From: the human T2T-CHM13v2.0 reference genome, Homo sapiens
Strand: one strand, 5' to 3'
NCBI RefSeq assembly: GCF_009914755.1
Contig: NC_060937.1
Length of the DNA stretch: 64,000 bases
Below the pieces are notes generated by a model that did no database searches, was not told where the DNA came from, and saw only the letters and a program-made list of their open reading frames with translations. The position numbers and the translations under genes are program-made. Below are positions 1 to 15,049 of the stretch, piece after piece (within the stretch, counting starts at the first letter, position 1; every line of letters begins with the position of its first letter).

Positions 1-277
<277 letters not shown>

Positions 278-1284
278 CTATGAGTATGTATTTCTGGATA
301 ACAGCTTTAGTTTCGGGATTAGGAAAAAATTCTTGGTAGGGAGATTGTGAGGGTATTGGGCAGTCATCAATTTTTATCATGAGAAGGTGTTTTATTACCA
401 GCTAGCAAAGTACAGGTGAGGATTTAGAATAAATCTGAATGACAATTCCTATTGTACTTTCATCATTATGAGACAGGTAAATATGTCATTTCCCTGCTAT
501 AGTCACTTTAGTTAGTCTTCATTTCCTTGCATTTCCTTGCCTTCCCTTTCATTTCTTTCATTTTGTTTAGCTTTTCCTTTGTGGTATGTGTTACAAATAC
601 AGATATTGATGATTTTTAAAGTCTGAAATATTGCACCTGCCCTGACATTTCTTCTGATCCCATGGCTCTAATCCTGTGAGCTGGTTGGGAGGTCCAAAGC
701 CAGAGGCTTCTCTGGGCAACCAATTTAGTCTGATGTTGCAAGAAAAAATAAATCATTAAGCATGTAAATGCCTCTTTCTGGGAGACATTTGTAAACTATA
801 TGAGTTCTAGACTGAAGTCTTTTCCATGACCCAATAGCAACAGCCATAACCAAGAAGATATATGCAAGTGCTGATGAGTACACATTCTGAAGGTTACTTT
901 GATATATGTGTTTGCTGAGAATCTTAGTTGATGTATTCTCTAGCTCAGGCCTAATTTTTCTTTTCAAATAAGCAATGATCTAAATTCTCAGGAAATCATA
1001 AGATCTAGTGACTTTGCACAGAGATATTTTGCATAAGATCCAGATTTTACTCATGATTTATGATTTACAATATTAGGCTATTTTGTATGCATTGTGAAAT
1101 TTGTTGCTTGCTGTTATTGGTTAGGGGGAGAGGAGAGACCAGAAGCTTTAAAGGAGAGAGGATCACAAGTTCCCTTCATACCTGTTATGGAGACAAAAAT
1201 TGTTAGCAATGGTGAGATCTAATTCCAACTTGATAACATCATTTGAAGTAGCATGTCAACAGAAGATTTCAATTATTAATTAAT

Positions 1285-1510
1285 AATAGTCAACACTTAC
1301 ATAGGATTTAATATTTTTCAAGGATTCTTATGTGATTTCCATATATGTTAACTCACTTAATCCTTATAATAACTGTAGGAGATAGGCATTATTATTCCAA
1401 TTTTAGACAAGAAGAAATGGAAGCACAGACAAGGTCAAATAACCTGTGCAAGTTACACGGCTATTAAGTTTTAGAACTGTGAATAAAACCCAGCACTCTT
1501 AACCACTATG
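1285..1510 (-). mobile_element. MIR SINE fragment
   Basis: Reverse-complement similarity to MIR core (AACTCACTTAATCCT...ATTATTCCAATTTTAGAC...CTCTTAACCACTATG). Confidence 0.7.
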
Positions 1511-1959
1511 ACACCTAGAAACATTAAACAGCAAGCTAGCACAAGTTTGAAGACACCTTTCTTAAAAAAAAAACCTCATAAACATGACATATTTCAGTTG
1601 TAAAAATATAAAATATCATTCTGTAATATGTGCACATAGATATTAGTATGATTTTGTTTTTAACAATTGATTCTTTTCTTTTTATTTATTCAGTTTACAA
1701 ATGTTTACTGAAATGCTTGTTGTAGGATTTTGTAATTCAACAGTGAACAGAAAGACATCAAATCTCACCTTCACTGAGTTTACTTTCTAAAGGCAGAAAT
1801 TTTTGAGACAATATTTTGCTTATTTTTTATCTTTTGCCTAACAGACAAGGAATAAACATCGTTGACCTAACAGTGAGTGTGAAGAGGATCCTAGCCCAAG
1901 AGTGATATGACCATATATGTCTCAGAACGTTTAGGCATAATTTATTTTTTTGGCTATAC

Positions 1960-2600
1960 TGTCAGAGGCCTTTGAGCCACAGCAACTCCATCTTGAATAG
2001 GGGCTGGGGAAAACAAAGCTGAGACCTACTGGGGTCCATTCCCAGGGGGTTAAGTCATTCTAAGTCACGGGATGAGATCAGAGGTTGGCACAAGATACAG
2101 ATCATAAAGACCTGGCTGATAAAATAGGATGCAGTAAAGAAAACGAACCAAAACCAAGATAGCAACAAGAGTGACCTCTGTTTGCCTTCACTGCTCATTA
2201 TACATTAATTATAATGCATTAGCATGCTAAGAGACACTCCCACCAGTGCTATGACAGTTTACAGATGCCATGGCAATGACTGGAAGTTACCCTATATGGT
2301 CTAAAAAGGAGAGGAACCCTCAGTTCTGGGAATTACCCACCCATTTCCTCATGAATAATTTCCCACCATTCCTCATGAATAATCTACTCCTTGTTTAACA
2401 TATAATCAAGAAATAACCATGAAAATAGCAACCAACAGCCCCCTGGGGCTGCTCTACCTATGGAGTAGCTATTCTTTATATCTTTACTTTGTTAATAAAC
2501 TTGCTTTCAATTTACTTTATGGATTCTTCTCAAATTATTTTTTGCATGAGATCCAAGAAGCGTCTCTTGGTGTCTGGATCCAGACCCCTTTCTGGTAACA
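1960..2600 (+). mobile_element. MER41B-type solo LTR (ERV1)
   Basis: TGTCAGAGGC...GGTAACA termini match MER41 consensus along the full length; perfect 4-bp TSD ATAC (1956-1959 / 2601-2604); AATAAA near 2494. Confidence 0.9.
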
Positions 2601-3684
2601 ATACCACACCTTTACAAGCTGGTGATGATTGATTTTTAGTGCCTGCAAAAGTAAACTGAAGTTTTAACCCACTGGAAATCTAAGAGAACTGCACTGAAGG
2701 AGGCAATTCACTAATTAAATCCCAGTATCATTTCATGGGAAAGGATTTTTGTTTTTGTTTCTCTTTCACTAACACTTCACAGCATCTACAGAACATTAAG
2801 TCAGCTAAGAATTCTATAGCACTTGCTTGGTTATGCTTCAGAGGAAAAATCATTAATGACAATAATCTTTGAAGGCTTACGTGGAATGAAGAAAGCTACA
2901 TTTTGGCACTTCTCTGAATTTCTCCCATTTTGAATTAAGCAGGACAAATGGGCTCCTGAATGTTGTTATTGCATCTTCAGCCAGCAAGAAAATGGTATTC
3001 TGTGCTGCTCACTTACATAGAATATTGGGATATGAAATAATCAGACAACCTTTGCGTCTGGAATATCTTCCTTCAGGTTTTACACAATCAGCGATTTATT
3101 TTGCCCATTAGACAGTGGTTTCACATAATGTTTTGCTGTTGTTTTGAAGTGATAACATTTTAAGTGCTGGTTGTCTTGTTTGGATGAGGGTGCTTATTTA
3201 TGAATGTTTTCTGAAGACCAGATAGAGGCGTTTGTGTGTCTTAGACAAATCAATTAAAAAACACACACATAAATAAATGAAGCACATCTGTAAAACACTT
3301 TTACTGTGACCTAGTTAAGGGCTTTTGTTTTATCACTGGTAAAGTGTTTTCAAAACATTTACGATCATTAGAATTTGATATCTGAAGTTTGCAGGGTTTT
3401 ATGCTGTTGGTTGTTGGAGAAGGATAGCATGTGTTGTTAGCAGTGCAAACTCAGACATCTCAGAAAGCCATTTTTAGACTTCTTTTCTTCTCTATTTTTA
3501 TTAGTAACCTTGCAGCTCAGTATGAGAGCTTCTCTGTGTGAATTCACAAGGTGCCAATGCTGTGGTGTGAAATTGAAGTATGCAACTCTGCCCCCAGGAA
3601 TTTAGCAGCCTGGAGTTGAACTTTGATAAAAATGAATGGATTACTTCTCCCCAATGGGAAAAGCTGAACGACCTGGTGTGCAAG

Positions 3685-3900
3685 GCATTAGATGGTGAAT
3701 CAGAAGTCATAGCCTTGTCACTTTCTTGCTGTGTGACCTTGGGCAAATCAATTAACTTCTCTGTGCCTCGGGTTCTCCATCTGTATAATGAGGACTGTGA
3801 TACCTACCTTAAAAGTAAGGGAAAAGGATTAATGAGCAATGTCTGCAAAACACATTAAGCTCCACGGAAGAGAGGTGCTCTATAATTACAAGCCATTATT
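3685..3900 (+). mobile_element. MIR SINE
   Basis: MIR core GCTGTGTGACCTTGGGCAAATCAATTAACTTCTCTGTGCCTC...CATCTGTATAATGAGG. Confidence 0.85.
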
Positions 3901-4570
3901 ACTGAATGTAAAAGACAGTAAAAGGAAACCATTATTTTATCTTCTTCAGTAGGAGTTATTTCAACTAACGCAGGATTTGGTAGAATCTTAAAGCCAAGTG
4001 GCTTATTTAAAATGCTTTAATTTTTCAAGAATTTCTCTTAATTATATAAAATATCAGATTTTCAATATAATAGATCTGAGGAGTAAGCCAATTTGGTACT
4101 TTGGCAGAATGCAAATTACTAAATATTGAGCGTCAGATGGCCTCAAATTTATTCTACTGCCTATGTAGCACTAAGCCTAATTCATCTTGGGAAGATAGTT
4201 ATCTATTATATTCTTAGAGCCCTAAAAGACTACTTCTAATACCTCTTCTACTAACCTGCTCTATTTTTAGCAAAACAGGCTTTCACATTAAGTAAATAGT
4301 TCATGCTGAATTTAACGGCAATATTTTTTATTCTCAATGGAAAAGAGAATAGTGATTTTACATATCATATTAAACTTCTGTATGTTTAAGGAGAGTTACT
4401 AAGTGATATTTTTCTCTCAATGCTAAATAGCCCTATCACTTTCCATTATTCTTCAGAGGTCCACCTTTAGTGATATTGCTGTTTCTTTTCTCTCTGAATC
4501 TCATTCTGTATTTTGCAATATGTTTAGTATTGCAAGGTCCAAGCTGTGAAGAAATATCGCTTTTTTAAAC

Positions 4571-5183
<613 letters not shown>

Positions 5184-5992
5184 CCAATACAGCTTCTATT
5201 AGGTGTACCACCTAATTGTTTGAATTCTTTGGAAGTCACTGAACTTTCCAATTGCTTAGTTAATTTATTGGCAACCTAAAAAGGTAGGACAAATCATAAG
5301 GGTTGATTCTGACACTCACATCTTACATTGCTATATAATTTTGTTTTTTATTTTTCATTAGTTTATTGAATGTCAACCTGGTGTTCCAAATCTTTCATAT
5401 GATTTTATATATTCGATTTTCTTAACAGTCTTCTTTAAATGTAATTACCTCTTTTTATTGATAAAGGAAATGAATTCAAACAGGAAGCACCATGTTGCTT
5501 GTACTTAAGGGTCCAGCCACTGGAGTCAGACATGGGATTGAATTCAATTAATTCATTTCCCTAGACCTCAATTGTCTATGTGTTTCTAATAATATTTATT
5601 TCAATGATTTAATGAAGATTAAACTAGATAATATGTTGTAGGTGCTTAATGTAATATCTGGCATGTTAAACATTTGGTAATCCGTAGCTTTTTGGTGATG
5701 ATTGTGATTGAGGACATAGTTAATTTGCTGGTTTATTTTCCTAGGTAATATGTGTAGTAGGTAGAGGCACAATTTTGAGGCAAGTTTGTCCAAAGCCCAA
5801 ATTTCAGCTGCTTCAAAGTCTTTAGCTAAGTTTTAAGGTGTCAACAAAGAAGTTATTGTTAGGAAGAACAGGCAATTCATCATTTTCTTTTTATCTTCCT
5901 TTGAGGTAGCTAAGATTACTGGGTAAAGTTCTTGTTGAGAAATTTGCTTTATTTGTCAATATACATGCATAGATATGTATGCATATTTATTA

Positions 5993-6759
5993 CAAACTAC
6001 TTACAATGCTCTGACTTACAATTTTTTGACTTTATGATGGTTTGGAAGCAGTACACACTTAACAGAGACTGTATTTCAAATTATGAATCTTGATCCTTTT
6101 TCAGGCTAACGATATGTAGTAAAATACTCTCTCATGCTGCTGGGCAGCAACAGTGAGCTGCAGCTCCCAGTCAGCCTCATGGTCACAAGCATAAACAACT
6201 TGAAACTATACAGAGGACTGTGTTGCTAGCATTTTTTTGGGATAATAATAAAAAGAAGAAACAAGCTATACAGTCAAAACTTGATGCCTTCCTAAAGAAT
6301 AATATGCCTGCTAAGCCATCAACAAGTGATCCTCAGTGGCTTCTACCGGCTATTCTCGAGACTCATCTGAAGAGTGAGAAATTGATGACCCTGTGGCTGT
6401 AGCATCCCCGTCATCTAGCAATTAATTTTAGTTAAACACTACGAAGATTCCTCAGGCCCAGTGTGCCCTCAGCTGTGTACAATAATGGTGAATACCCGTA
6501 CAACCATTCTGGTTTTCACTTCCAGTACAGTATTGAATAAATGACATTAGAGTTCAATACTTCATTATAAAAGAGGCTTTGTGTTAGATGGCTTTGCCCA
6601 ATTGTAGGCTAATGTATGTGTTCTGAGCATATTCAAGGTGGGCTAGGCTAAGTTACAATATTCAGTAGATTAGGTGTATTACGTTCATTTCCAACTTATA
6701 ATGTTTTCAATTTATGATGGTTTATTGGTATGTAACTTCATTATGTCAAGAATCGTCTG
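5993..6759. mobile_element. Tigger4 (Zombi)-family DNA transposon, internally deleted, with transposase C-terminal remnant
   Basis: Ends resemble Tigger4 termini (GACTTACAATTTTTTGACTTTATGATGG ... ATCGTCTG) flanked by TA; ORF 6220-6402 (KKKKQAIQSKLDAFLK) resembles a pogo/Tigger transposase tail. Confidence 0.75.
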
Positions 6760-7724
6760 TATTTATAACATATTTACACATACATTTCCAAATATATTTG
6801 TAAAAACTTAATTACTTAACAATTAGCTGGTTGATAAAGAGTGTAAAATTCCTGGCAATAAATAAGCCAAATAACCAACTAATTCATTTCTTTGTTCATC
6901 CACAGGGGAGTATTTCAGTAATGTGTTACTACTAACATCTTGCTGGGAGTATGAAGGCTATAAAGCTGGCTCAATCTTACCAGACTGTAAGACATTTTAT
7001 AGCATGGATTCTGCCTTTTTTCTCTGAATATCTAATGACTTAATAAGTAGTGACTCTTAAGAAGTACCTCATGAATTTTGAACAAAACTAAGTTTTCCTG
7101 AGGAGCCAATAGCCAAGTAGGAGGTTAAGAAATGTATCAATCTGATTCTGATACAAAGTAAAAATATGGTCACCATAAAGGTACGGCGAAAAGGCTTTCA
7201 GAATTCAGCAGTGGGTAAGATCTCTCCTAGGGCATAAAACAACATTTTCTGAAGGAAGAAGGAATATAAGTGGAGTATTAAAGCATAAGTAAAAACAGAA
7301 ATAGAGAAACAGGAATAGAGGCTAGTGAAAGCAAAGGGAATATGCAGGAAAGCAAGATTTGTACTCATTTTTTTCCTCCGTGTGGGGCACTGTCCTGTTT
7401 GCACATGTCTACATTCTTCCATTTCTATAAAGTAAGTATCATTTTAGAAAGGAGGAAAATGAAATTAAAAGAAGATAAGACACTTGGTTTAGTAATGAGA
7501 AAACTGGATGTGCCAGGGTAAGTATTACTGTCCAGCCTTGTCTTTTAGGTCCTGAGGGTCTAGGGATTGGGTGGGAAGTCAACAAGAATCAGAGAACAGT
7601 TGAATTTTCCTGGAGAAAGGGGTTCTGGATCTCTTTGATCTTAACTCCATTCATAAAGGGCTAGGCTAGAACGGACTTTGCCTTCAGATAATATAGACCC
7701 AGATGACCGTGGTTAGCATTCTTT

Positions 7725-7975
7725 GAATCACTGTGTGACTTTGGGTCTCTCTCTACATCTTGTCTCATTTTTCTATCTGCACAAATTTGATAATCATATT
7801 TTAGTTGTAAAGTCAGGGAGATCTTGGTTTAATTCCTGATGACAGTTAGAGATGTGTGGCCCTGGGCAATTTTTAAAACTTTCTGAACTTCATTTTCTGT
7901 GTCTATATAGTTTTGATAATGTTATTTTTCATTTATTATTTTATGAAGATTAGAAATAATACATGATAAAATTTA
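7725..7975 (+). mobile_element. Two degenerate MIR fragments
   Basis: CTGTGTGACTTTGGG and TGTGTGGCCCTGGGCAA...TCTGAACTTCATTTTC core-like motifs. Confidence 0.55.
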
Positions 7976-8654
7976 ATGAACATTCTGTCAAGCAGTGATA
8001 ATATCATTTTCTCCTTAAGATTATTTTGGGGATTAAAATAGATAAGGCAAATGATGACAGTGTTTTGTAACATAGGCATTTAGATATTGAGATAAAAGTA
8101 CCACTATTACAAAAAGTTTTATATATACACATAAATATGTATATAATTTTATACCCACATGCACCCACTCACTTCTACCACATACCCACATATTTATATA
8201 AAGTTACCACACATTGCCTAATGCAGAGCAACTACTTGATAAATATTAACTCAAGGGCCATGCAGCTCTATATTAATGCTAGCAATAAGAATATTTTATC
8301 AGTTTGGACATCCTGTTTTAAATTATATTTATATATATAAATTCATGATTTCTGTATGGAGTTAATTGAAAGAAAATGAATTTCAACACAGGGATAGTCT
8401 AATATAGATGACACACATATATACAATTGTTATATCATATTATTGATTCAAATGAATTTTTTACTTAACAATTTAACAGTATTTATTTCTCATGACATTA
8501 AATTGTTATATACAACATACTAGTTTAATTAAGTTATCATTTATTCTTAAGCATTTGAATTATTTGAATATTTTAAAATGAGAAATAATGGAATCAAGAG
8601 GAAATATTGGGCCCTTCTTCCTGACTGTATACCTTTTTCCCTTTTCTTCTTTAA

Positions 8655-10151
8655 AAAATTTTTTTTTATGTTTATGGATTTAGGGATATAAATGCAGTTG
8701 TGCTACATGGATATACTGCATAGTGGTGAAGCCTGGGCATTTCATATTCCCATCACCCGAATCGTGTACACTGGACACCATAGGTAATATTTCATCCCTC
8801 ACTGCCCTGCCACGCTTCCCCCTTTTAAAGTCTTTAATGTCTATTATTCCACTCTGTATGTCCACGTGTACCCACTGTTTAGCTCCCACTTATAAGTGAG
8901 AACATGCAGTTTTTTACTTTCTGTCTGAGTCATTTCACTAAAAACAATGACCTCCTGTTCCATACATGTTGCTGCAAAATACATGATTTCATTCTTTTTT
9001 TGTGGCTAAGTAGTAGTCCATGATATATACTACATTTTTAAATCCAATCATCTGTTGATGGGCACTTAGGTTGATTTCATGACTTCGCTATTGTAAATAG
9101 TTCTACAATAAACATGACGACAGGTGTCTTTTAGATTTAATGGTTTCTTTTCCTTTGGTAGAGAGACCTAGTAGTGGGATTACTGGATGGAATGGTAGTT
9201 CTATTTTTAGTTCTTTCAGAAATCTTCATACCATTTTCCGTAGAGGTTGTACTAATTTATATTCCCACCAACAGTGTATAGGCATTCCATTTTCTCTGCA
9301 TTCTCACCAACATCTGTTGTTTTTGACTTTTTAATAATAGGCATTCTGACTGGTGTAGGATGATATTCCATCACAGTTTTAGTTTGCATTGCGTTGATGA
9401 TTAGTGCTGTTGAACATTTTTTATACATTTGTTGGTCACTTCTATTTCTTCTTTGAGAAATGGTTGTTAGTGTTCCTTGCTCACTTTTTAATGGAGTTAT
9501 TTATGCATTTTTCTTGTTGATTTGTTTGAGTTTCTTCTATATTCTGGATATTAGCCCTTTGTTGGATGCATTGTTTGCAAATATTTCCTCTCATTCTGTA
9601 GGGTGTCTGTTTACTCTGTTGATTATTTCTTTTGCTGTGCAGAAGCTTTTTAGTTTAGTGCTAGTTGTCTATTTTTGGTTTCGTTGCATTTCTTTTTGAG
9701 AACGTAGTCATAAATGATTTGCCTTCTAGGATTTTTATAGTTACAGGTCTTAAATGTAAGTCTTTAATCCATCTTGAATTAATTTTTGTATATGGTAGGG
9801 ATAGGGGTCCAGTTTAATTCTTGTTCTTATGGCTCCCCAATTTTCCTAAAACCATTAAGATTGAATATGGTGTCCTTTCCCTGGAGTACATGTTGTTGAA
9901 CTTTATCAAACATCAGTTAGTTGTAGATATGTGTCCTTAATTCTGAGTTCTCTGTTTTATTCTGTGGATCTGAGTGTCTATTTTTTACCAGTACCATGCT
10001 GTTTTGGTTACTATTGCCTTATAGTATAATTTGAGGTCAGGTAATGTGATACCTCCAGCTTTATTCTTTTTGCTTAGAATTGCTTTGGCTGTTTGTACTA
10101 TTTTTTTTTTTTGGTTCCATATACATTTTAGGGTTGCTTTTTCTAATTCTG
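8655..10151 (-). mobile_element. 5'-truncated L1 (L1PB4-like): 3' UTR plus ORF2 C-terminal remnant
   Basis: T-rich tail, L1PB 3' UTR (GTGGTGAAGCCTGGGC...CCCATCACCCGAAT...AGCTCCCACTTATAAGTGAGAACATGC), antisense ORF2 (CCAGTACCATGCTGTTTTGGTTACT). Confidence 0.9.
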
Positions 10152-12319
10152 ATTATATACTTCTTAGAAAAAGATGTATCTCATTTCCGAAAGTTAAATT
10201 CCTAGACTAGTGGATATGTACATTTTCAAAAATTTTTATACATGATATCAAACTGCCTTTCAGGAATATTGTCCTGTCTCTTTAGTTAACATTCTCGACC
10301 TGATTTTTGCCATTTAGAACAGACCGTCATTTGTCTTTCTTTTGTTCTTTTCCTTTCTGGCAGCTACTCTGGACTCATGTAAATTATTCTACCGAATGTC
10401 AAAGCTGTGAAGATCATTCACATAATTTTCTATGTATTATGCAAGTCTTGTCATTTATTAGAGCAGGAAAGAATGTTTTTTTTTTATTTACTTGTATCTT
10501 AGTATTTATTTTCATGGAATTATAAATTTAAAGCCACAAGGAAAGTTTTCCTGAAATTGAGAGATTTAAATTCATCTTTTAAAATCCCAAAGTGATTTAA
10601 TATGCCAAATTTAGCAAACTATGCACACTTATTTATATCCACTTTTATCAAGCTTAGATTTAAAATATTTCTATCACTAAAATGACTATCAAGTTAGTGC
10701 CAAAAGACTAAACTTGCCATATGAAAAGTATTTTGGAAGTTGGAAAACCTGAAACCTTGAAATCTATTTGAGCAATAACTTTAGTCTTTTGGGATACAAT
10801 TATTTTGTGTGCTTATGTCACTATTCTGAAACTACTTTCATCTATTGCTCTCCAAAATTAACTTTCCATTAGGAGCTAAAAAAAAAGTTTATGTACCAAT
10901 TCATTGAAAATAAAATTATAAAAAGTGGCAAAGCCAATATGTATTAATACTTTTCCAAAAATGGATATCTGTTTATCATTTTAGGAACTAATTACTTATG
11001 AATTGTATGCACCAAATTAATCAAAGATACCACTAAGCCATGTAATGATAATTTCACATTTGTGGGGCAAGATTAGCTTTTATGTAATTTAGTATGTTCT
11101 GGAAAGTAGAACTGGAAACTAAATTGAGATAAGCCCTCTAGCATATTCTTGGGAATTTCTAGTTTGTAGCAATGATGTTGAGTTAATATTTCTGTGAAAG
11201 TCATATACATTCAGTGTTAAGTAATTTGGGGACCACCTACATTTTTTAAATGAAATTCACTTTTTAAAAATATCTTTCTTATAACTCTATTTGACTCCAT
11301 CATTAACTTCTCCTTTAAGAGGTAAGTATTGCATGACAAAACTCATCATTCCTGAAGTCAGGTTCCTAATTCTTCTAGACAAGTGGACTATCTCTTAAAA
11401 ATAGAATAACCTGATGGGATGTATGACCATGAAAAGTTAGGACATTAGGCAGGTTCACAGGGGAGCGGGCTTATTCAGTACAGCCTCAGTCAAACGACTG
11501 AACAATGGCGTGAAATTGTGCAAGATTTATCATCATTATTACGTTTTACAGCAGGATAAGTCTATCTGTGGCTCAAAAAAATTAAAGACGCTTGCAGGAG
11601 AAGAGGTAGGTAGAACCCAGAGAGAGACAGAAGGTTGGCGCAAAATGAGAAAAGCACAATTCAGTTGTTTTTAATGCAAAGTTGATGTAAGTGAGAATGT
11701 TTCAATATAAAGGCATCCATGTTATCTGCCACACAAACTCATTTAAGTAAAAGTCAGCTAACCATGCTTACTGACAGTTTTATTTTTAAAGAAAATGATT
11801 TGTAAGGAATTCTATGTGGAAATAAAACTAAAAGGAAAGGAAATATCATATGCAAAAGAAAACTAACTACGAAAGTGGAAATTGAGAATTCAGGAACAGC
11901 TTGAACATAAAAACAGGTGGTGAGGGTAAATGTCAATCATTCTAGAATTCCCGTATTTATTTGTAAGGATAGCAAATTTCCTTTCAATGTACTGGATGGA
12001 GCTGATGTAATTGTACTTTAATCTTAAAAGACAAGGTGACCCCAATCATATTGAAGAACTTTGGGCTGATATTTGAATTTTTTTCATAAAATGATAACTT
12101 TTCCCAAATCCAGTTCTGCAGAAAATCATTATACCTGTTTCTAGCATATATGATTTTTCTGCTTACAGTGTTAAAAATATTATTTTTTTCATAAAATATT
12201 AGTACTTGCTAGTTGAATGTCTGGTTGGATAATATGAGAATAAAATTTGGCATCTGTTAATCTATTCACTTTCTTATTTTGTCATTTATTAAAAATAAAA
12301 ATAAGTGCATATTTTATAT

Positions 12320-12900
12320 TAAAGTATTGAAGAAATAATACAACAAATATTAAGGACTTACTAAACACAAAGAACTGCTGATAAAATTTTGAAGAAAATA
12401 GGCATCATTTTTGGTTTCATAGAGATCTTATTTGCTGAAAGAAACATTAGCCATATAGTAGAGAATAAACTAGAAAAATGCAACCTCGCTGAAAGCCACA
12501 AAGAAAATACTTATGTGATATGAAAGAATCCAATTTACAAAGTCAGAGAAAGCGTCTTCAAGTAAATTTTGCCTGAATTTCAATCTGACTGTTACATGAG
12601 AGGTAACTTATAAAGAAGAAAAAGAAGCACATTTGCAAAGGAAGGGACTGATAAGCATAAAGTTTTTGCTACAAGAAGGAACAGGTAGAATTTTCAGGAC
12701 TATAAGACACACTGTATCGCTAGAATAGACACTGAAATAGGGCATGCGGTATGATGTATGACTATTGCTGCAGGGTAGTGGTAGAGAGCTCCATGCTGGG
12801 TCTTTCTGATCTTTTAAAATAATTTTGGCTTTATTTTAGGAGCAACTATGTATCATTAAAAGATAGATGTAGGAAAAAGATGTAAGGAAATGAATATGAC
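12320..12900 (-). mobile_element. Highly decayed L2 LINE fragments
   Basis: L2 3'-end-like antisense sequence (CAACAAATATT...TTTGGCTTTATTTTAGGAGCAA); boundaries approximate. Confidence 0.4.
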
Positions 12901-13339
12901 TATATTTTTATTTTAAAAAAGCAATGACTATTTCCTACAGAATGCAAACTGGAAGTGTGAAACAGTGAAATCATCTAAGTGTCTATGACAGAAATCCAAA
13001 TGAGTAAAAATAGTAACTTGATTATGATGCCTATTTACGCAAATAGCCATGGTAAATACACTCGAGGTAAATAGTTCAACTTCAAAACACAAAAGTAGAT
13101 ATTTGGAGGATTGGGTAAAAGAATGGGACTAGTGTAGAAAGACTTCATCTCTTCTTTCATAGGGTAGTCCATAGGTGTTAAAATCATTCAAATAACACAG
13201 GCATCTCTGCAAAAAGACAGACTGGGAAGGAAAGAACATAAATTTAGTTGGCACAGGTAGAATAACTGGTGGCTTTCAGCTATTTAAGAAGAGTTATTAG
13301 TTGGCAGTTGAACCTAATTATTTTATATGGAAGAAAGAG

Positions 13340-14128
13340 TCTTAGCTACCTGCCATGACTTCTGATGCCAACTACACGGATTTAGGCCAAACTTCACAGT
13401 TTAAGGGCACAGTCCTCCACAAGACTACTGTTCATCCAGTTGCTAGTTCAGTGGTCCACACTCCACTCTCACTTTGGACCAGCTGGCTACTAACTTGGGG
13501 TAAACCATGTCTCCTCAGGTCCAATAATTTAGTATCAGAGTTCACAGAACTCAGGAAAGTTCTAAATTTATAATTACAGTTTTGTTACAGGAAAACTATT
13601 CAAATCAGAATGTGCCAAGGGGAAAGGCACACAGAGCAAGGTCTTGGAAGTTTCCAAATATGAAGTTTCTGTTGTCTCTCCTCATGGGATCAGGACACAT
13701 TAACCTCCCAGCACACTGATGTGTGACAATACAGAGTACTGCCAACCAGGGAAACTCTTCCAAGCTTCAGGATCCGGAGTTGTTATTGCAGTTTTATTAC
13801 ATAGGTAATGTTGATTGAATCATTTGTCACAGGGCTCAAACTCCAGCTCTCCTCTCCTCTCCAGAGGTGAGACTGATGACTCTTGTCTCAATGTCTCAAT
13901 CCTCTAATCACATGGCTGGTCTTTCTGGTATGGCCAGGTCTCATCCTGAGTTATCTAATTTGCATAAACTATTTAAGGATCCACCCTGATTTGCATTAAC
14001 CATCAAGTGTCTTCCAAACAGCTCATAATGAATAATAAAGTCACAACTATCAGTCAGGAAATTTCAAAGATTTTGAGGATGCCATCCAGGAACCAGGCAC
14101 AATGGTCAGCCAGATATTTTATTACACA
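13340..14128 (-). mobile_element. MER21-family LTR (MER21B/C-like)
   Basis: TTTAAGGGCACAGTCCTCCACAAGACT, CACAGAACTCAGGAAAG, CCTCTAATCACATGGCTGGTCTTTCTGGT, ending TTTTATTACACA. Confidence 0.8.
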
Positions 14129-15049
14129 CTAGCAACATGTCTGTGAAAAATCTACATCTAGGCAGTTGTTGCAGCTGTGGGTATAAATTTTCTTAAGTAT
14201 TTGCATGCTGAGCTTGGGAATGGTGTTAAAACATATACTTGGAGACATCCAAAATTTAATGTTTAGGTTGAGGAAGGTGAGTAAATAAGAAAATGGGTTA
14301 GAGAAATAATGAGAACCCAGGGTGGATATCTCCAAATTGGAAGAGATCAGACACGGAACATTGCTGAGAGGTCTTATAAGAGAAGGCCTATTTTTTTTTT
14401 TAACTGACAGGTGTAATAATTATTTTAGCAATGTTGTTTTTATAGCTAGATGGGAACTGGATATTCAATGAGCAGATGGCTAAGTGGGATTCAGCAAATG
14501 CAGGCAGCTCCCTACAGGTATGTGGCTGTGAAAGAAAAGAACAGTGCTGGACAAGTGTAAAGAATCTGGGGTTTAGATTTAGTTGAGCTTGGTTTGGTTT
14601 TACTGAGGGCCAACTGAAAAGATTTAAAAGTTAATAGGAAAGAGTTAGTAAAGGAAAAGAGATTATTTTTAAAAGAAAAATTGTGTAGTTCCCAAGGATT
14701 TGGAAGAAAAAGAAGCAAAGCGCAGATGGAAGAAAAGCTTTACATAAGAGGGGAATGGAGTAGGATAGGCAAAGATAGAATCACTACATGCCAAGGCTTC
14801 ATCTGAGCATTGGCACAGAGCAATAAACAAATCAGAATAACTATACCTTAATGGAGCCTATGGTCTAGTGAGGCAACTAACATTAGTTAAATTCACACAT
14901 AATTACCAATGAGAACAGTGTTATTGAGGAGATAACGGTATCTGGATTTAGAAAACCAACAAATAAACTAAATCAATAAATGATTCACCTTACATAGAAT
15001 ATTTTGAGAAATGCTGAAAATTGATATTTAGATCAAAAGTTGGAAATGC

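Noticed and set aside
6220-6402. ORF with transposase-like tail as a domesticated TIGD-type gene
   Set aside because: Only about 60 aa of C-terminus inside an internally deleted Tigger4; no DDE or HTH domain
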